The notes beneath the pieces are model-generated. The model made no database searches and was not told where the DNA came from. It was given only the letters and a program-made list of their open reading frames with translations. The translations under genes and the position numbers were made by a program. This document shows, piece after piece, positions 52,718 through 62,367 of a DNA stretch of 64,000 nucleotides. Where the stretch lies: NCBI GenBank assembly GCA_963771355.1, contig CAVYTA010000007.1, positions 128,001 through 192,000 of the forward strand, in the 5' to 3' direction. The DNA comes from an uncultured Candidatus Rokubacteria bacterium (GTDB taxonomy: Bacteria; Methylomirabilota; Methylomirabilia; Rokubacteriales; CSP1-6). Within the stretch, counting starts at the first letter, position 1. Every line of letters begins with the position of its first letter.

Positions 52718-54595
52718 ATGCGTCTCTCAATGACTGCTCCGGGTTGGCGCCCGCTCGCGGTTCTGGGTGCGCTGTGCCTGGTCCTGGCCGCCTGCGCGGG
52801 GCCGGTGGGAACGCACCGGGCCGATCCCAAGGTCGTCCTGCGCGATCTTGCCCGCAGCGCCACCACCACGGGCGAGCCGAGCTGGCCGACGCGCAACGTG
52901 CTCCTCGAGCAAGGTCTCCTCGATGAGTTCACGGAGCGTCCGGAGGAGGCCCTTGCCGGGCTGCACAAGACGATGGTCGCGAGCGGAGGCGATCCGGATC
53001 TCCTCTTCGCGCTGGCCGAGCTGTCCTTCCTGCACGGGCAGACGGCCGCCAAGCCCGGTTACCGCATGGCCGCCGCCATCTATGCGTACGCGTTCCTGTT
53101 TCCGGAGGGGAACGGGAGCCCGCCGGGGCGCTTCGACCCTCGGCTGCGCCTCGCCGCGGATCTGTACAACTGGGCGCTGATGGCGGCGTTCGCCTCGGAG
53201 GACGGGTCGGAAGTCGTCCCGCGCGGCGGCACGTTCGAGCTGCCCTTCGGCAAGATCGAGGTGGCTTTCGATCCGGCGTCCCTGCGTGCCGGGGACCGCG
53301 AGCTGCATCGCTTCATCCCCATCGCAGAGCTGGAGATGTACGGCCTCGCGATGCGGTACCGCTGGCCGGGCCTCGGGGCGCCCCTGGCCGCCTCCACCCG
53401 GCCCATCGACGCCTCGAAGCCCGGGCGGGACATGGTGGGGCCGCGGCTGAAAGTGCCGGTGACGGCCCTCCTCCGGATCCTCGACGCCCGCCATGCCCTC
53501 GTGAAGGGAGAGCCGCTCGCGGGCCGTCTCGAGCTCCATCTGGCCTGGGACGGGGAATCGGTCGCGATCGCGGGGGAGGAGGTGCCGCTGGAGAGCGAAC
53601 CGTCGGCGGCGCTCGCGCTCACGTTCACCGGCGTGCCGGTCATGGAAGTCGAGATGTTCGGGTTCCTGGGCCGGCTCTCGGGCCTCATGCGCGATCGGCC
53701 CCCGCTCGTCTCCACGACGCCCTACCGGCCCGGGCTCATCCCGGTGGTCTTCGTGCACGGCACCGCGTCAAGCATCGTCCGCTGGGCGGAGATGTTCAAC
53801 CGTCTCCAGGCCGATCCGGAGATCCGCAAGCGGTATCAGTTCTGGTTCTTCCAGTACGACTCCGGCAACCCGATCGCGCTGTCTGCCCTCCGGCTGCGGG
53901 AAGCACTGGCGGCGGCACTGGCGCGGCTCGATCCCGAGGGCAAGGACCCGGCCCTGCGTCGGATGGTGCTGATCGGGCACAGCCAGGGAGGGCTACTCGT
54001 CAAGATGCAGAGCATCAGCAGCGGCGATCGGCTCTGGAGCGCGGCGAGCAAGACGCCGCTCGATGAGATGGGGTTCTCCGACCAGACGCGTGACCTGCTC
54101 CGGCGCGGGCTGTTCGTCGAGCCGCTGCCCGAAGTCTCTCGCGTGGTGTTCATCTGCACGCCGCATCGTGGCAGCTTCGTGGCCGGACGCAACATCATCG
54201 CCAACACTGTCAGAAAGTTGGTGAGCTTACCCTTTGCCCTCACCGGGGTGGCCGCGGATCTGGCCCGCAATCCAGGGACCAGATCGCTGGTAGTGCCGTC
54301 GGCGGTCGACAACATGTCGCCCCGGCACCACTTCATCCAGGCCCTGCAGGAGATTCCGGTCACGTCGTCGGTCACCGTCAACTCCATTGTCGCAGTCGAG
54401 GGGGACGGCCCAGTCGAGGAAGGCGACGACGGGGTGGTGAAGTACTCGAGCGCCCACATCACGCCGGTGGAGTCGGAGCTGGTCGTGAAGTCTAATCACT
54501 CCACGCAGGGGAATCCCCACACCATCGAGGAGGTGCGGCGTATTCTCCGGCTCCACGCGGGTCTGAAGCCGGGTTCCCTGCTCAAGACTAGATGA
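52718..54595 (+). CDS. Lipoprotein with C-terminal lipase/esterase (alpha/beta hydrolase) domain
   Basis: LAAC lipobox, VFVHGTAS, GHSQGG, TPHRGS, DDGVV, H near the C-terminus; start may be 52730. Confidence 0.85.
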   Translation: MRLSMTAPGWRPLAVLGALCLVLAACAGPVGTHRADPKVVLRDLARSATTTGEPSWPTRNVLLEQGLLDEFTERPEEALAGLHKTMVASGGDPDLLFALAELSFLHGQTAAKPGYRMAAAIYAYAFLFPEGNGSPPGRFDPRLRLAADLYNWALMAAFASEDGSEVVPRGGTFELPFGKIEVAFDPASLRAGDRELHRFIPIAELEMYGLAMRYRWPGLGAPLAASTRPIDASKPGRDMVGPRLKVPVTALLRILDARHALVKGEPLAGRLELHLAWDGESVAIAGEEVPLESEPSAALALTFTGVPVMEVEMFGFLGRLSGLMRDRPPLVSTTPYRPGLIPVVFVHGTASSIVRWAEMFNRLQADPEIRKRYQFWFFQYDSGNPIALSALRLREALAAALARLDPEGKDPALRRMVLIGHSQGGLLVKMQSISSGDRLWSAASKTPLDEMGFSDQTRDLLRRGLFVEPLPEVSRVVFICTPHRGSFVAGRNIIANTVRKLVSLPFALTGVAADLARNPGTRSLVVPSAVDNMSPRHHFIQALQEIPVTSSVTVNSIVAVEGDGPVEEGDDGVVKYSSAHITPVESELVVKSNHSTQGNPHTIEEVRRILRLHAGLKPGSLLKTR

Positions 54596-54618
54596 CATTC
54601 CGAAGAGGAGGAATCGAG

Positions 54619-55095
54619 ATGGCCGAGATACGATCCGTGATGGTGAAGGGATGGGTAGTGACCGGCACACTGCTGCTCGCTACCAGTAGCGCGTGGGGAC
54701 AGCAGGTTTTCATCTACCCGCAGAAGGGACAGAGTGCGCAGCAGCAGGCGCAGGACACGGGCGAGTGTCAGGCGTGGGCGACACAGCAGACCGGTGGCCC
54801 CATGGCCGCCGCGCCCCAGTACGCGGCGCCGCCACCCACTGCCAGCCCGATGCGCGGCGCGGCGCGCGGCGCGGCGGTCGGCGCGGTCGGCGGTGCGATC
54901 GGAGGCGACGCGGGCAAGGGCGCGGCCATCGGCGCCGCGACCGGGGCCATGGTGGGCGGCATGCGGCGGCGGGACCAGATGCGGCAGCAGGAGGCGGTGC
55001 AGGCCCAGAACGAGCAAGCGCAGGCCGCGCAGAGCGAGAACTACAAGCGCGCCCTGGCCACGTGCCTCGGCGCGAAGGGCTATTCGGTGAACTAG
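54619..55095 (+). CDS. Glycine-zipper (YMGG-like) exported protein
   Basis: YPQKGQS.QQQ.QD..EC..WA, GAAVGAVGGAIGGDAGKGAAIGA, C-terminal CL..KGYSV. Confidence 0.85.
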   Translation: MAEIRSVMVKGWVVTGTLLLATSSAWGQQVFIYPQKGQSAQQQAQDTGECQAWATQQTGGPMAAAPQYAAPPPTASPMRGAARGAAVGAVGGAIGGDAGKGAAIGAATGAMVGGMRRRDQMRQQEAVQAQNEQAQAAQSENYKRALATCLGAKGYSVN

Positions 55096-55097
55096 CC

Positions 55098-55538
55098 ATG
55101 AGGAGATCGCGGATGAACCGACTTCAGGTGGCAAGTCTGCGCTTCGCGCTGGGCTGCGTGGTCCTGGCGTATCCGGCCGGGCCGGCATCGGCGGCGGGCA
55201 AGTACGATGGCTCGAAGCCCATGCTGTGTGCGATCACCTCGACGACCGAGTGCACCGCGGACGGCAAGTGCGAGCGCAGCGCCCCGCAGGCCGGCAACAA
55301 TCTGCCGACCTTCGTGCGGGTGGACGTGAAAGGGAAGCTTCTCACCGACAACGACGGGAGCGGGCGGAAGACCGAGATCAAGGTCGTGAACGTCCTCGAC
55401 GGCCAGCTCATGCTGCAGGGAGACGAGAACGGCAAGGCGTGGAGCATCGTTATCGCTTCGGAGAGTGGAGCGTTCGGCAGCTCGGTCGTGGAGGATGACG
55501 GCCTGTTCGCTATGTTCGGCAACTGCACGCTGCCGTAG
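55098..55538 (+). CDS. Hypothetical exported protein with cysteines
   Basis: Signal peptide, YDGSKPMLCA..EC...KC, C-terminal FGNCT. Confidence 0.7.
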   Translation: MRRSRMNRLQVASLRFALGCVVLAYPAGPASAAGKYDGSKPMLCAITSTTECTADGKCERSAPQAGNNLPTFVRVDVKGKLLTDNDGSGRKTEIKVVNVLDGQLMLQGDENGKAWSIVIASESGAFGSSVVEDDGLFAMFGNCTLP

Positions 55539-56681
55539 GTGCGCCGCGCTCGGCCGCATCCACCATGGACGTCTCGACCGCGAGCGTGTCGTCTGCTCGC
55601 GGCTCGGATCGTGCTCCTGGTGGGCGCGATGGGCCTCGCCGGGTGCTCGAGCTTCGGCGCGGTGACCCTCGACCGGGACCGGCTCGACTACACGGCGGCG
55701 GTGGCCAATTCCTGGAAGCAGCAGACGTTGCTGAACATCGTCAAGCTGCGCTATGCCGACACCCCGATCTTCGTGGACGTGGGGCAGATTGTCAGCAGCT
55801 ACCAGCTGCAGACCTCGTTCTCGGCGGCCGGGAGCATCTTCAACTCCAGCACAATTGTCCCCGGGGTCCCCAACAGTAGCGTCGGCCTGGGCGCCCAGGG
55901 TCAGTACACCGACCGCCCCACGGTCACCTACGTGCCGCTCACCGGGTCCGGCTTCATCCGAACCCTGATGACGCCGATTCCCCCGATCCGCCTGATGGAG
56001 CTGATCGAGGCCGGCTACCGGGCGGACGTCTTGCTCCCGGTCGCGGTTCAGAGCGTGAACGGGCTCTCGAACGGCCGGGCGGGCGGACGAGGGAAGCTCC
56101 CGGACGCGGAGTTCGTGCAGATGGTCCGGGCCTTCTGGCGCGTCCAGGAATCCGGGGCGATCGGGTTCCGCGTCGAGGTGGACAAGGAGACGAAGCGCGA
56201 AGGGCTCCTCATGGCGTTCCCCCGGAAGACGATCCCGCCGGAGGTGCAGGCCGATCGAGCTACTATTCGGAAGCTCCTCGGCTTGAATCCCGACAAGACG
56301 GAGGTCCGGATCGTGTACGGGCAGGGCACCGACCGCGACGACGTGATCGCGATCCAGACCCGCTCGGGGATGCAGATCCTTCTCGAGCTCTCCGCCACGG
56401 TGAGCGTCCCAGAGGAACATGCGCGCGACGGCCGCGCCTTTCCGGCGCCTCCGTCGCCGGCGGCCGGCCAAGACACCATGCCGCCCCTGCTGCGCATCGT
56501 CAGCGGTTCGCTCCGTCCCGACGATGCCTTCGCCGCGGTTCGGTACGGGGATTCCTGGTACTGGATCGAGAACCGCGATCTCAGGTCCAAGGGCGTCTTC
56601 ACGTTCCTCCTGATCCTGATGACGCTGGCCGATACCGGCGAGAAAGCCGCGGCGCCGGTACTCACCATCCCGGCCAACTGA
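55539..56681 (+). CDS. Hypothetical lipoprotein
   Basis: LAGC lipobox, [32 protein letters not shown]; true start may be downstream. Confidence 0.75.
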   Translation: MRRARPHPPWTSRPRACRLLAARIVLLVGAMGLAGCSSFGAVTLDRDRLDYTAAVANSWKQQTLLNIVKLRYADTPIFVDVGQIVSSYQLQTSFSAAGSIFNSSTIVPGVPNSSVGLGAQGQYTDRPTVTYVPLTGSGFIRTLMTPIPPIRLMELIEAGYRADVLLPVAVQSVNGLSNGRAGGRGKLPDAEFVQMVRAFWRVQESGAIGFRVEVDKETKREGLLMAFPRKTIPPEVQADRATIRKLLGLNPDKTEVRIVYGQGTDRDDVIAIQTRSGMQILLELSATVSVPEEHARDGRAFPAPPSPAAGQDTMPPLLRIVSGSLRPDDAFAAVRYGDSWYWIENRDLRSKGVFTFLLILMTLADTGEKAAAPVLTIPAN

Positions 56682-56848
56682 TTCAGCGTGGTGCTTACCA
56701 TGCGCGGGCCCTGGGTCGTCGGTGTGCTCGACTCAGCGCGAGGTCTCGGCTTCGAGCCGCTGCACGAGATGAGGTGGCGTAGCTCAGAGTTCGTTGGCTC
56801 GAGGTCGGCGCGAGCCGCCGCGCGTAGACCAGCTCCTGCGGGCGACAC

Positions 56849-58258
56849 TCATCGGTCTTTCCTCGCGGCGTTTGGGGTGGCCGGCGCGTCGAGCTTCGGG
56901 TCCTGCCAGCCGCCCGCAGGGGAAACCGTCTGGTCGGCCTCCTTCGGACCCCAGCTACCCGGCTCGTACTCGTACACCGGCGTGTCGGCCTTCAGCACCG
57001 GGTCGACGATTCGCCACGCCTCCTCCACGTAGTCCTCCCGCGCAAACAGGGTGGCGTCTCCCGCCATGGCGTCCCCGAGCACCCGCTCGTAGGCGTCCAT
57101 CTCGTCCGCGCTGGGGTGGCGGCTCCCCAGTATCTCGACGGATTCCCCGACCGTCTCCTGGCCAAGCGCCGGGACGTTCATGCCGAAGGCAACCGTGATG
57201 TCCGGACTGATTCGAAGCCGCACGTAGTTCGGCTTGAGATCGAAGCTCTGGTACATCGTCGGAGGCTGGCGCAGCCGGACGACGATTTCCGCGCACGTCA
57301 CCGGGAGGGATTTCCCGGCTCGGATGTAGAAGGGGACGCCCTTCCAGCGCCACGAATCGATCTCCAGCCGCAGCGCGGCAAAGGTTTCCACCCGGGAGTC
57401 CGGCGCCACCCCGGCCTCCTGTCGGTAACCGCGGAACTGCCCGCGCACGAGGCTCTCGGGACCGAGCGGCCGCATCGCCTTGAGGACCTTGACCTTCTCG
57501 TCCCGCATCGACTCGCTGTCCGTCCGGACCGGCGGCTCCATCGCCAGGTTGGTCAGGACCTGGAAGAGATGGTTCTGGATGACGTCGCGGATGGTGCCGG
57601 TGGCATCGTAGAAGCCGCCGCGGCCCTGGACGCCGAAGTTCTCGGCCATGGTGATCTGCACGCTCTCGACGTGATGGCGGTTCCAGAACGGCTCCAGGAA
57701 CGCGTTGGCGAAGCGAAAGAAGATCATGTTGTGGACCTGTCGCTTGCCCAGGTAGTGGTCGATGCGGAAGATCGACTTCTCGTCGAAGGTGCTGAACAGG
57801 ATCCGGTTCAGCGCCTGAGCCGAGGGGAGGTCGGTCCCGAAGGGCTTCTCCACGATGACGCGGGCGGCCTTGGCGCAGCCCGACGCGGCGAGCTGCTCCA
57901 CGACCAGCCCGAACAGCGTGGGGGGAATGGCGAGGTAGTGCGCCGGGCGCTGGGCCGAGCCGAGCTGCCCGCGAATGGCCGCGAACGTCGCCGGATCCCG
58001 GTAGTCGCCGTCCACGTACCGCAGCCGGGCGGCGAGATTGGCGAACGCGGCCGGATCGAGTCCTCCGTGTTTCTCGAGGCTGTCCTTCGCCCGGGCCTTG
58101 AGCTGCTCGAGGCTCCAGCCCGCGTTGGCCACGCCGATGACCGGCACGGTGAGGTGGCCGCGCTTCGCCATGGCCTGGAGCGACGGGAAGATCTTCTTGT
58201 AGGCCAGATCGCCGGTGATACCGAAGAAGACGAGGGCGTCGGACTCGGACGGGCTCAG
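56849..58258 (-). CDS. zwf: Glucose-6-phosphate dehydrogenase; apparent CTG start
   Basis: [35 protein letters not shown] 6 nt before CTG at 58258. Confidence 0.92.
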   Translation of the reverse strand: MSPSESDALVFFGITGDLAYKKIFPSLQAMAKRGHLTVPVIGVANAGWSLEQLKARAKDSLEKHGGLDPAAFANLAARLRYVDGDYRDPATFAAIRGQLGSAQRPAHYLAIPPTLFGLVVEQLAASGCAKAARVIVEKPFGTDLPSAQALNRILFSTFDEKSIFRIDHYLGKRQVHNMIFFRFANAFLEPFWNRHHVESVQITMAENFGVQGRGGFYDATGTIRDVIQNHLFQVLTNLAMEPPVRTDSESMRDEKVKVLKAMRPLGPESLVRGQFRGYRQEAGVAPDSRVETFAALRLEIDSWRWKGVPFYIRAGKSLPVTCAEIVVRLRQPPTMYQSFDLKPNYVRLRISPDITVAFGMNVPALGQETVGESVEILGSRHPSADEMDAYERVLGDAMAGDATLFAREDYVEEAWRIVDPVLKADTPVYEYEPGSWGPKEADQTVSPAGGWQDPKLDAPATPNAARKDR

Positions 58259-58282
58259 CGCAGGCTCCTTCCGGCGGGCGCG

Positions 58283-59302
58283 CTACTTGCCGCCCGGCTT
58301 CTCGAGGTGTCCGCCGAACTCGTACCGCATGGCGGAAAGTAGCTTGCCGGCGAAATCCGCCTCCCCGCGCGAGCTGAATCGCTCGTACAGGGCGGCGGAC
58401 AGGACGTGCGCCGGGACGGCCTCGTCGATGGCGGCCTTGATCGTCCACCGTCCCTCGCCCGAGTCGGAAACCCGGCCCCCGAACCGCGAGAGGGTAGGTT
58501 CCTTGAGCAGGGCGGCCGCCGTGAGGTCCAGCAGCCACGAAGCGATGACGCTGCCGCGCCGCCACACCTCCGCGATGTCGGGCAGATCGAAGTCGTACTG
58601 GTAGTGCTCGGGGTCGCGCAAGGGCGTCGTCTCGGCGTCGCTGGCATGCTCCCGCTTGCCGACATTGGCCGCGCGCAGGATACCCATTCCCTCGGCATAG
58701 GCGGCCATGAGTCCGTACTCGATGCCGTTGTGCACCATCTTGACGAAGTGGCCGGCGCCGTTCGGTCCGCAGTGGAGATATCCCTGCTCGGCGGTGCCCT
58801 TGATGTTTTCGCGCCCTGGGGTGCGCTCGACGTCGGTGGCGCCGGGCGCCAGGCGAGCGAAGATCGGATCGAGGTGCTTGACCACCGCCTCGTCGCCCCC
58901 GATCATCATGCAGTACCCTCGCGTGAGCCCCCAGATTCCACCGCTGGTCCCCACGTCCACGTAGTGGATGCCTTTCGATGTGAGCTCTTTTGCGCGCCGG
59001 ATGTCCTCGACGTAGTACGAATTGCCGCCGTCGATGAGGATGTCGCCCGGCTCGAGATGGGGCACCACGGCGGCGATGGTGCTGTCCACGACGGCCGCCG
59101 GGACCATCAACCAGACCGCTCGCGGCTTGTCCAGCTTCTTCACGAAGTCGGCGGGCGAGGCCGCCCCGACGGCTTTCTCCTGGGTCAGCTCCTTCACCGC
59201 GTTCGGGGACATGTCGAAGACCACGCACTGATGGCCGCCCGTGAGGAGCCGCCGCACCATGTTGGCGCCCATGCGGCCGAGTCCGATCATTCCGAGTTGC
59301 AC
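58283..59302 (-). CDS. gnd: 6-phosphogluconate dehydrogenase (decarboxylating, short type)
   Basis: [34 protein letters not shown]. Confidence 0.95.
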   Translation of the reverse strand: MQLGMIGLGRMGANMVRRLLTGGHQCVVFDMSPNAVKELTQEKAVGAASPADFVKKLDKPRAVWLMVPAAVVDSTIAAVVPHLEPGDILIDGGNSYYVEDIRRAKELTSKGIHYVDVGTSGGIWGLTRGYCMMIGGDEAVVKHLDPIFARLAPGATDVERTPGRENIKGTAEQGYLHCGPNGAGHFVKMVHNGIEYGLMAAYAEGMGILRAANVGKREHASDAETTPLRDPEHYQYDFDLPDIAEVWRRGSVIASWLLDLTAAALLKEPTLSRFGGRVSDSGEGRWTIKAAIDEAVPAHVLSAALYERFSSRGEADFAGKLLSAMRYEFGGHLEKPGGK

Positions 59303-59323
59303 GGATGATTCCTTGGCAGAGCT

Positions 59324-60028
59324 TCAGGTGTCTTTCCGGGGAGAGCGCCGGCTCGGCTTGACGGACATCTTGCCGTTGTCCGTCGCCTCCCATAGGCGGA
59401 AGCCTCCCCGGAACGCGTTGGCGTTGACGCCGGCACGACAGAGGGGCGGCAGCGTCTTCAGCTTCTTGACGTTGCCTCCTCCGAGCACCACGGAGTCTGG
59501 CTGAAGGGCCGCAACCAGACGGGCGACGGCGTCCTCGACCGCGGTCCGCCACTTCTTCTTCCCCCTCTGCTCCAGCCCGCGTATTCCCAGGTAATCCTCG
59601 AAGGTGCCCTTCCGGTAGGGCAGGTGACCGAGCTCCATCGGCAGGACGACGCCGTCGGCGATCAGGGTCGAGCCGAGCCCGGTTCCGAGTCCCAGGAACA
59701 GCATCCGCCCGCCCTCGTAGCTTCCGAGCGCCTGCATCGCCGCGTCGTTGATGATCTTCACGGGCCGTCCGAAGGCGGCTCGATAGTTGAACGCGACCCA
59801 TCCCCTGCCGAGATTGTGAGGCTCCGAGGCGGGCCGGCCATCGCGCACCGGCCCCGGGTAGCCGATCGACACCGCGTCGTACGTCCATCCCTGGCCGACC
59901 TGCTTCACTCCGGCGGCCATCAGCCGGGGAGTCATTCCCGGGCCGGAAGGGAACTTGCGTGGCTCGCGCTGCCCGCTCGCGAGCATCTTGACGTTCGTCC
60001 CTCCGATGTCGACCACCAGGATCTTCAC
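59324..60028 (-). CDS. ROK family sugar kinase (polyphosphate glucokinase-like)
   Basis: DIGGTNVK, NDAAMQA, GLGTGLGS, ELGHL, LGGGN. Confidence 0.88.
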   Translation of the reverse strand: MKILVVDIGGTNVKMLASGQREPRKFPSGPGMTPRLMAAGVKQVGQGWTYDAVSIGYPGPVRDGRPASEPHNLGRGWVAFNYRAAFGRPVKIINDAAMQALGSYEGGRMLFLGLGTGLGSTLIADGVVLPMELGHLPYRKGTFEDYLGIRGLEQRGKKKWRTAVEDAVARLVAALQPDSVVLGGGNVKKLKTLPPLCRAGVNANAFRGGFRLWEATDNGKMSVKPSRRSPRKDT

Positions 60029-61119
60029 GGCGCTTTGCGCGCGGTCCCCAGATCCGCGCTCTTCGAATCGAGGACCGTCATGAGCTCGTGCCAGGACTTC
60101 ACGAAGGACTTGGCCCCTTCGTCCTGGAGCTGGGCGGCGAGGGCGTCGACATCGACGCCGGCCCGGGCGAACTGCGCGATCACCTCTTCACAGTCACCCC
60201 CGTCCGCCGGCAGGATCTCGCTGAGCTGGCTGTGGTCGGCGAGCGCCTTCAAGGTGCCCTCGGGCATCGTGTTCACCGTGAACGGGGCGGCCAATGCCTT
60301 GACGTAGAGCACGTCGGATGCCCGTGGGTCCTTGGTCCCCGTGCTGGCCCACAGGGGGCGTTGCGGGCGCGCGCCGGCGTTGTAGACCCGCCCCCAGCGG
60401 GGCGAGCCGAGCAGGGCGCGGGCCGCCTTGTAGGTGCGCTTCGCGATGGCGATGCCCAGCCGGTTGTGCAGCGCCTCCGGCACCTTGGCCGCGACGGCGG
60501 CGTCCCATCGGCTGACGAACACCGAGGCCACCGACCCGACCTCGGGCTTGAGCCCGGCGGCGATGCGTCGCTCGATGCCGCGCAGGAACGCTTCGGCGGC
60601 CGCCACGTACTGCTCGCGCGAGAACAGCAGCGTCACGTTGATCGGCACCCCGGCGAAGATCGCCTCCTCGATGGCGGGCAGGCCTTCCGGGGTGCCGGGG
60701 ATCTTGATGAAGAGATTGGGGCGCCCCGCGCGGGCGTGCAGGTCCTTGGCCGCGGCGAGGGTGCTGGCCGTATCGTAGGCGAGCAGCGGCGAGACCTCGA
60801 GCGACACCCAGCCGTCCACGCCGTCCGTCCGGTCCCAGATCGGCCGGAACAGATCGGCGGCCTGGGTGAGATCCGCGAGCGCCAGCTCGAAGAACAGCGC
60901 CTCTCCGGTCTTGCCCTCCCGGAGCTTCTGGTGGATCGCGGCGTCGTAGGCCGTGCTGCTCTTGATGGCCTGGTTGAAGATCGTCGGGTTGGACGTGAGG
61001 CCGGTGACGGACAGCTCGTCGATGTACCGCTTGAGCGTGCCATTCTGCAGCATGTCACGCGTGATGTTGTCGAGCCACAGACTCTGGCCCAGCTCGTGAA
61101 GCATTTGAGTTGCCTTCAC
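60025..61119 (-). CDS. tal: Transaldolase
   Basis: GQSLWLDNI, TSNPTIF, SLEVSP, IKIPGT, NVTLLFS, LWASTG, NTMP. Confidence 0.95.
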   Translation of the reverse strand: MKATQMLHELGQSLWLDNITRDMLQNGTLKRYIDELSVTGLTSNPTIFNQAIKSSTAYDAAIHQKLREGKTGEALFFELALADLTQAADLFRPIWDRTDGVDGWVSLEVSPLLAYDTASTLAAAKDLHARAGRPNLFIKIPGTPEGLPAIEEAIFAGVPINVTLLFSREQYVAAAEAFLRGIERRIAAGLKPEVGSVASVFVSRWDAAVAAKVPEALHNRLGIAIAKRTYKAARALLGSPRWGRVYNAGARPQRPLWASTGTKDPRASDVLYVKALAAPFTVNTMPEGTLKALADHSQLSEILPADGGDCEEVIAQFARAGVDVDALAAQLQDEGAKSFVKSWHELMTVLDSKSADLGTARKAP

Positions 61120-61212
61120 CGCGTCACCTCCAGATATTCCGGTGGGGACTGCTCCGCAATGGGATCAGTCGTAGGTGCGCCAAGACTCGGCGAATACCGG
61201 GTCCGATGTCCA

Positions 61213-61228
61213 TAAGACCTTGGTCCTA
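61213..61228. promoter_or_regulatory. Candidate operator (TAAGACCTTGGTCCTA) upstream of the tal operon
   Basis: 14/16 match to the palindrome at 51666; the flanking cca is also shared. Confidence 0.6.
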
Positions 61229-61393
61229 CCCCATCCAACCTCGACCACGTCAAGTTCCTCCTCACGGTTGAGATACTCGGCATGCGGGGTGTTGAGCGAT
61301 GTGGTAATCGTACACGGGCGGGCGGCCGGCCGGCCCGGAGTCCAACCGATGAGACGCGGGATGTGGCCGAACGTGAAGACGAGGAAGACGGAG

Positions 61394-62353
61394 ATGAGTG
61401 TGGCCTTCCTGGCGGCGGCACTCGCATGTCTCTGTCATGCCTGCGCCGGCCCGGGCGTCGTCCCTCCGGCCGTGAAGGCCGCAGAGGTCGCTTCGACCCG
61501 CGCGCTCCCGCCCACGGTCGAGGAATTGAGGAACGCCACGTATGCGGGGCTTGGCGAGCGTCTGGGCCCGGTCACCCTCGTCAACGGGCGCTGGATGGGC
61601 CCGCCGCCCGCGGTGGGTGCCGCGTCTCGGCCGAGCGTGGAGCTTGCCCACGACTTTCGCGTCGTGGGCGACCTCGACGGGGACGGCCTCGAGGAGGTGG
61701 TGGTCGTGCTCACGTACAGTTCCGGCGGGACCGGCGTCCTGTCGTTTCTCGCGGTGATGACGCGCGAGCACGGGGCCCTCCGCAACGTGGCGACGACCGG
61801 TCTCGGAGACCGTGTGCAGATTCGCTCAGGCCGAATCGAGAGCGGAAGACTGCTCGTGAGCGGGGTTCGCGCGGGAGAGAACGACGCGGCATGCTGCCCC
61901 GGCGAGCTCGTCGAATGGCAGTGGACCGTTCGCGACGGCAGGTTCACCGCGCTCGGCGCGGCAAGGACGGGCCACCTTTCCCTGGCGGCGCTGGCCGGGA
62001 CCGTGTGGATCCTGCGCGCGTGGGATCTCACCGTGCCGGCCGAACCGGAGCCCCTCGTGACCCTCTCGTATGACGCAGGTCGCTTCACGGGCACGAGTGG
62101 CTGCAACCGCTACGTCGGCGCGGTCGAGGACAGGTCCGTACCCGGCGAGATGAAGGTGGGGCCGCTCGCCGGCACGCGGATGGCGTGCCCGGACCCGCAG
62201 TCGTCGGTCGAGGCGCGATTCCTCGATCAGCTCGGCGGGGCGCGGAGGTTCGGCTTCACGGTGGGCCGGCTCGCGATCTCGTACACGAAGGGCGATGGGT
62301 CCAGCGGCACGATGCTGTTCGATGCGGGCACTCCACCACCCAAAGGACCGTGA
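61394..62353 (+). CDS. META (HslJ) domain putative lipoprotein
   Basis: Cys-containing signal, GDLDGDG, C-terminal FTGTSGCNRY and TRMAC; start uncertain. Confidence 0.8.
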   Translation: MSVAFLAAALACLCHACAGPGVVPPAVKAAEVASTRALPPTVEELRNATYAGLGERLGPVTLVNGRWMGPPPAVGAASRPSVELAHDFRVVGDLDGDGLEEVVVVLTYSSGGTGVLSFLAVMTREHGALRNVATTGLGDRVQIRSGRIESGRLLVSGVRAGENDAACCPGELVEWQWTVRDGRFTALGAARTGHLSLAALAGTVWILRAWDLTVPAEPEPLVTLSYDAGRFTGTSGCNRYVGAVEDRSVPGEMKVGPLAGTRMACPDPQSSVEARFLDQLGGARRFGFTVGRLAISYTKGDGSSGTMLFDAGTPPPKGP

Positions 62354-62367
62354 TGGACTCGCTCACC

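Noticed and set aside
56774..56848. tRNA (ggcgtagctcag resembles a tRNA 5' arm)
   Set aside because: No D-loop GG, no T-loop at the right distance and no acceptor stem.
56955..59888. 977-aa minus-strand ORF and similar long alternative-frame ORFs (e.g. 30525-33086, 35116-37557, 15096-17234)
   Set aside because: They overlap well-supported genes, have low-complexity composition and show no motifs.
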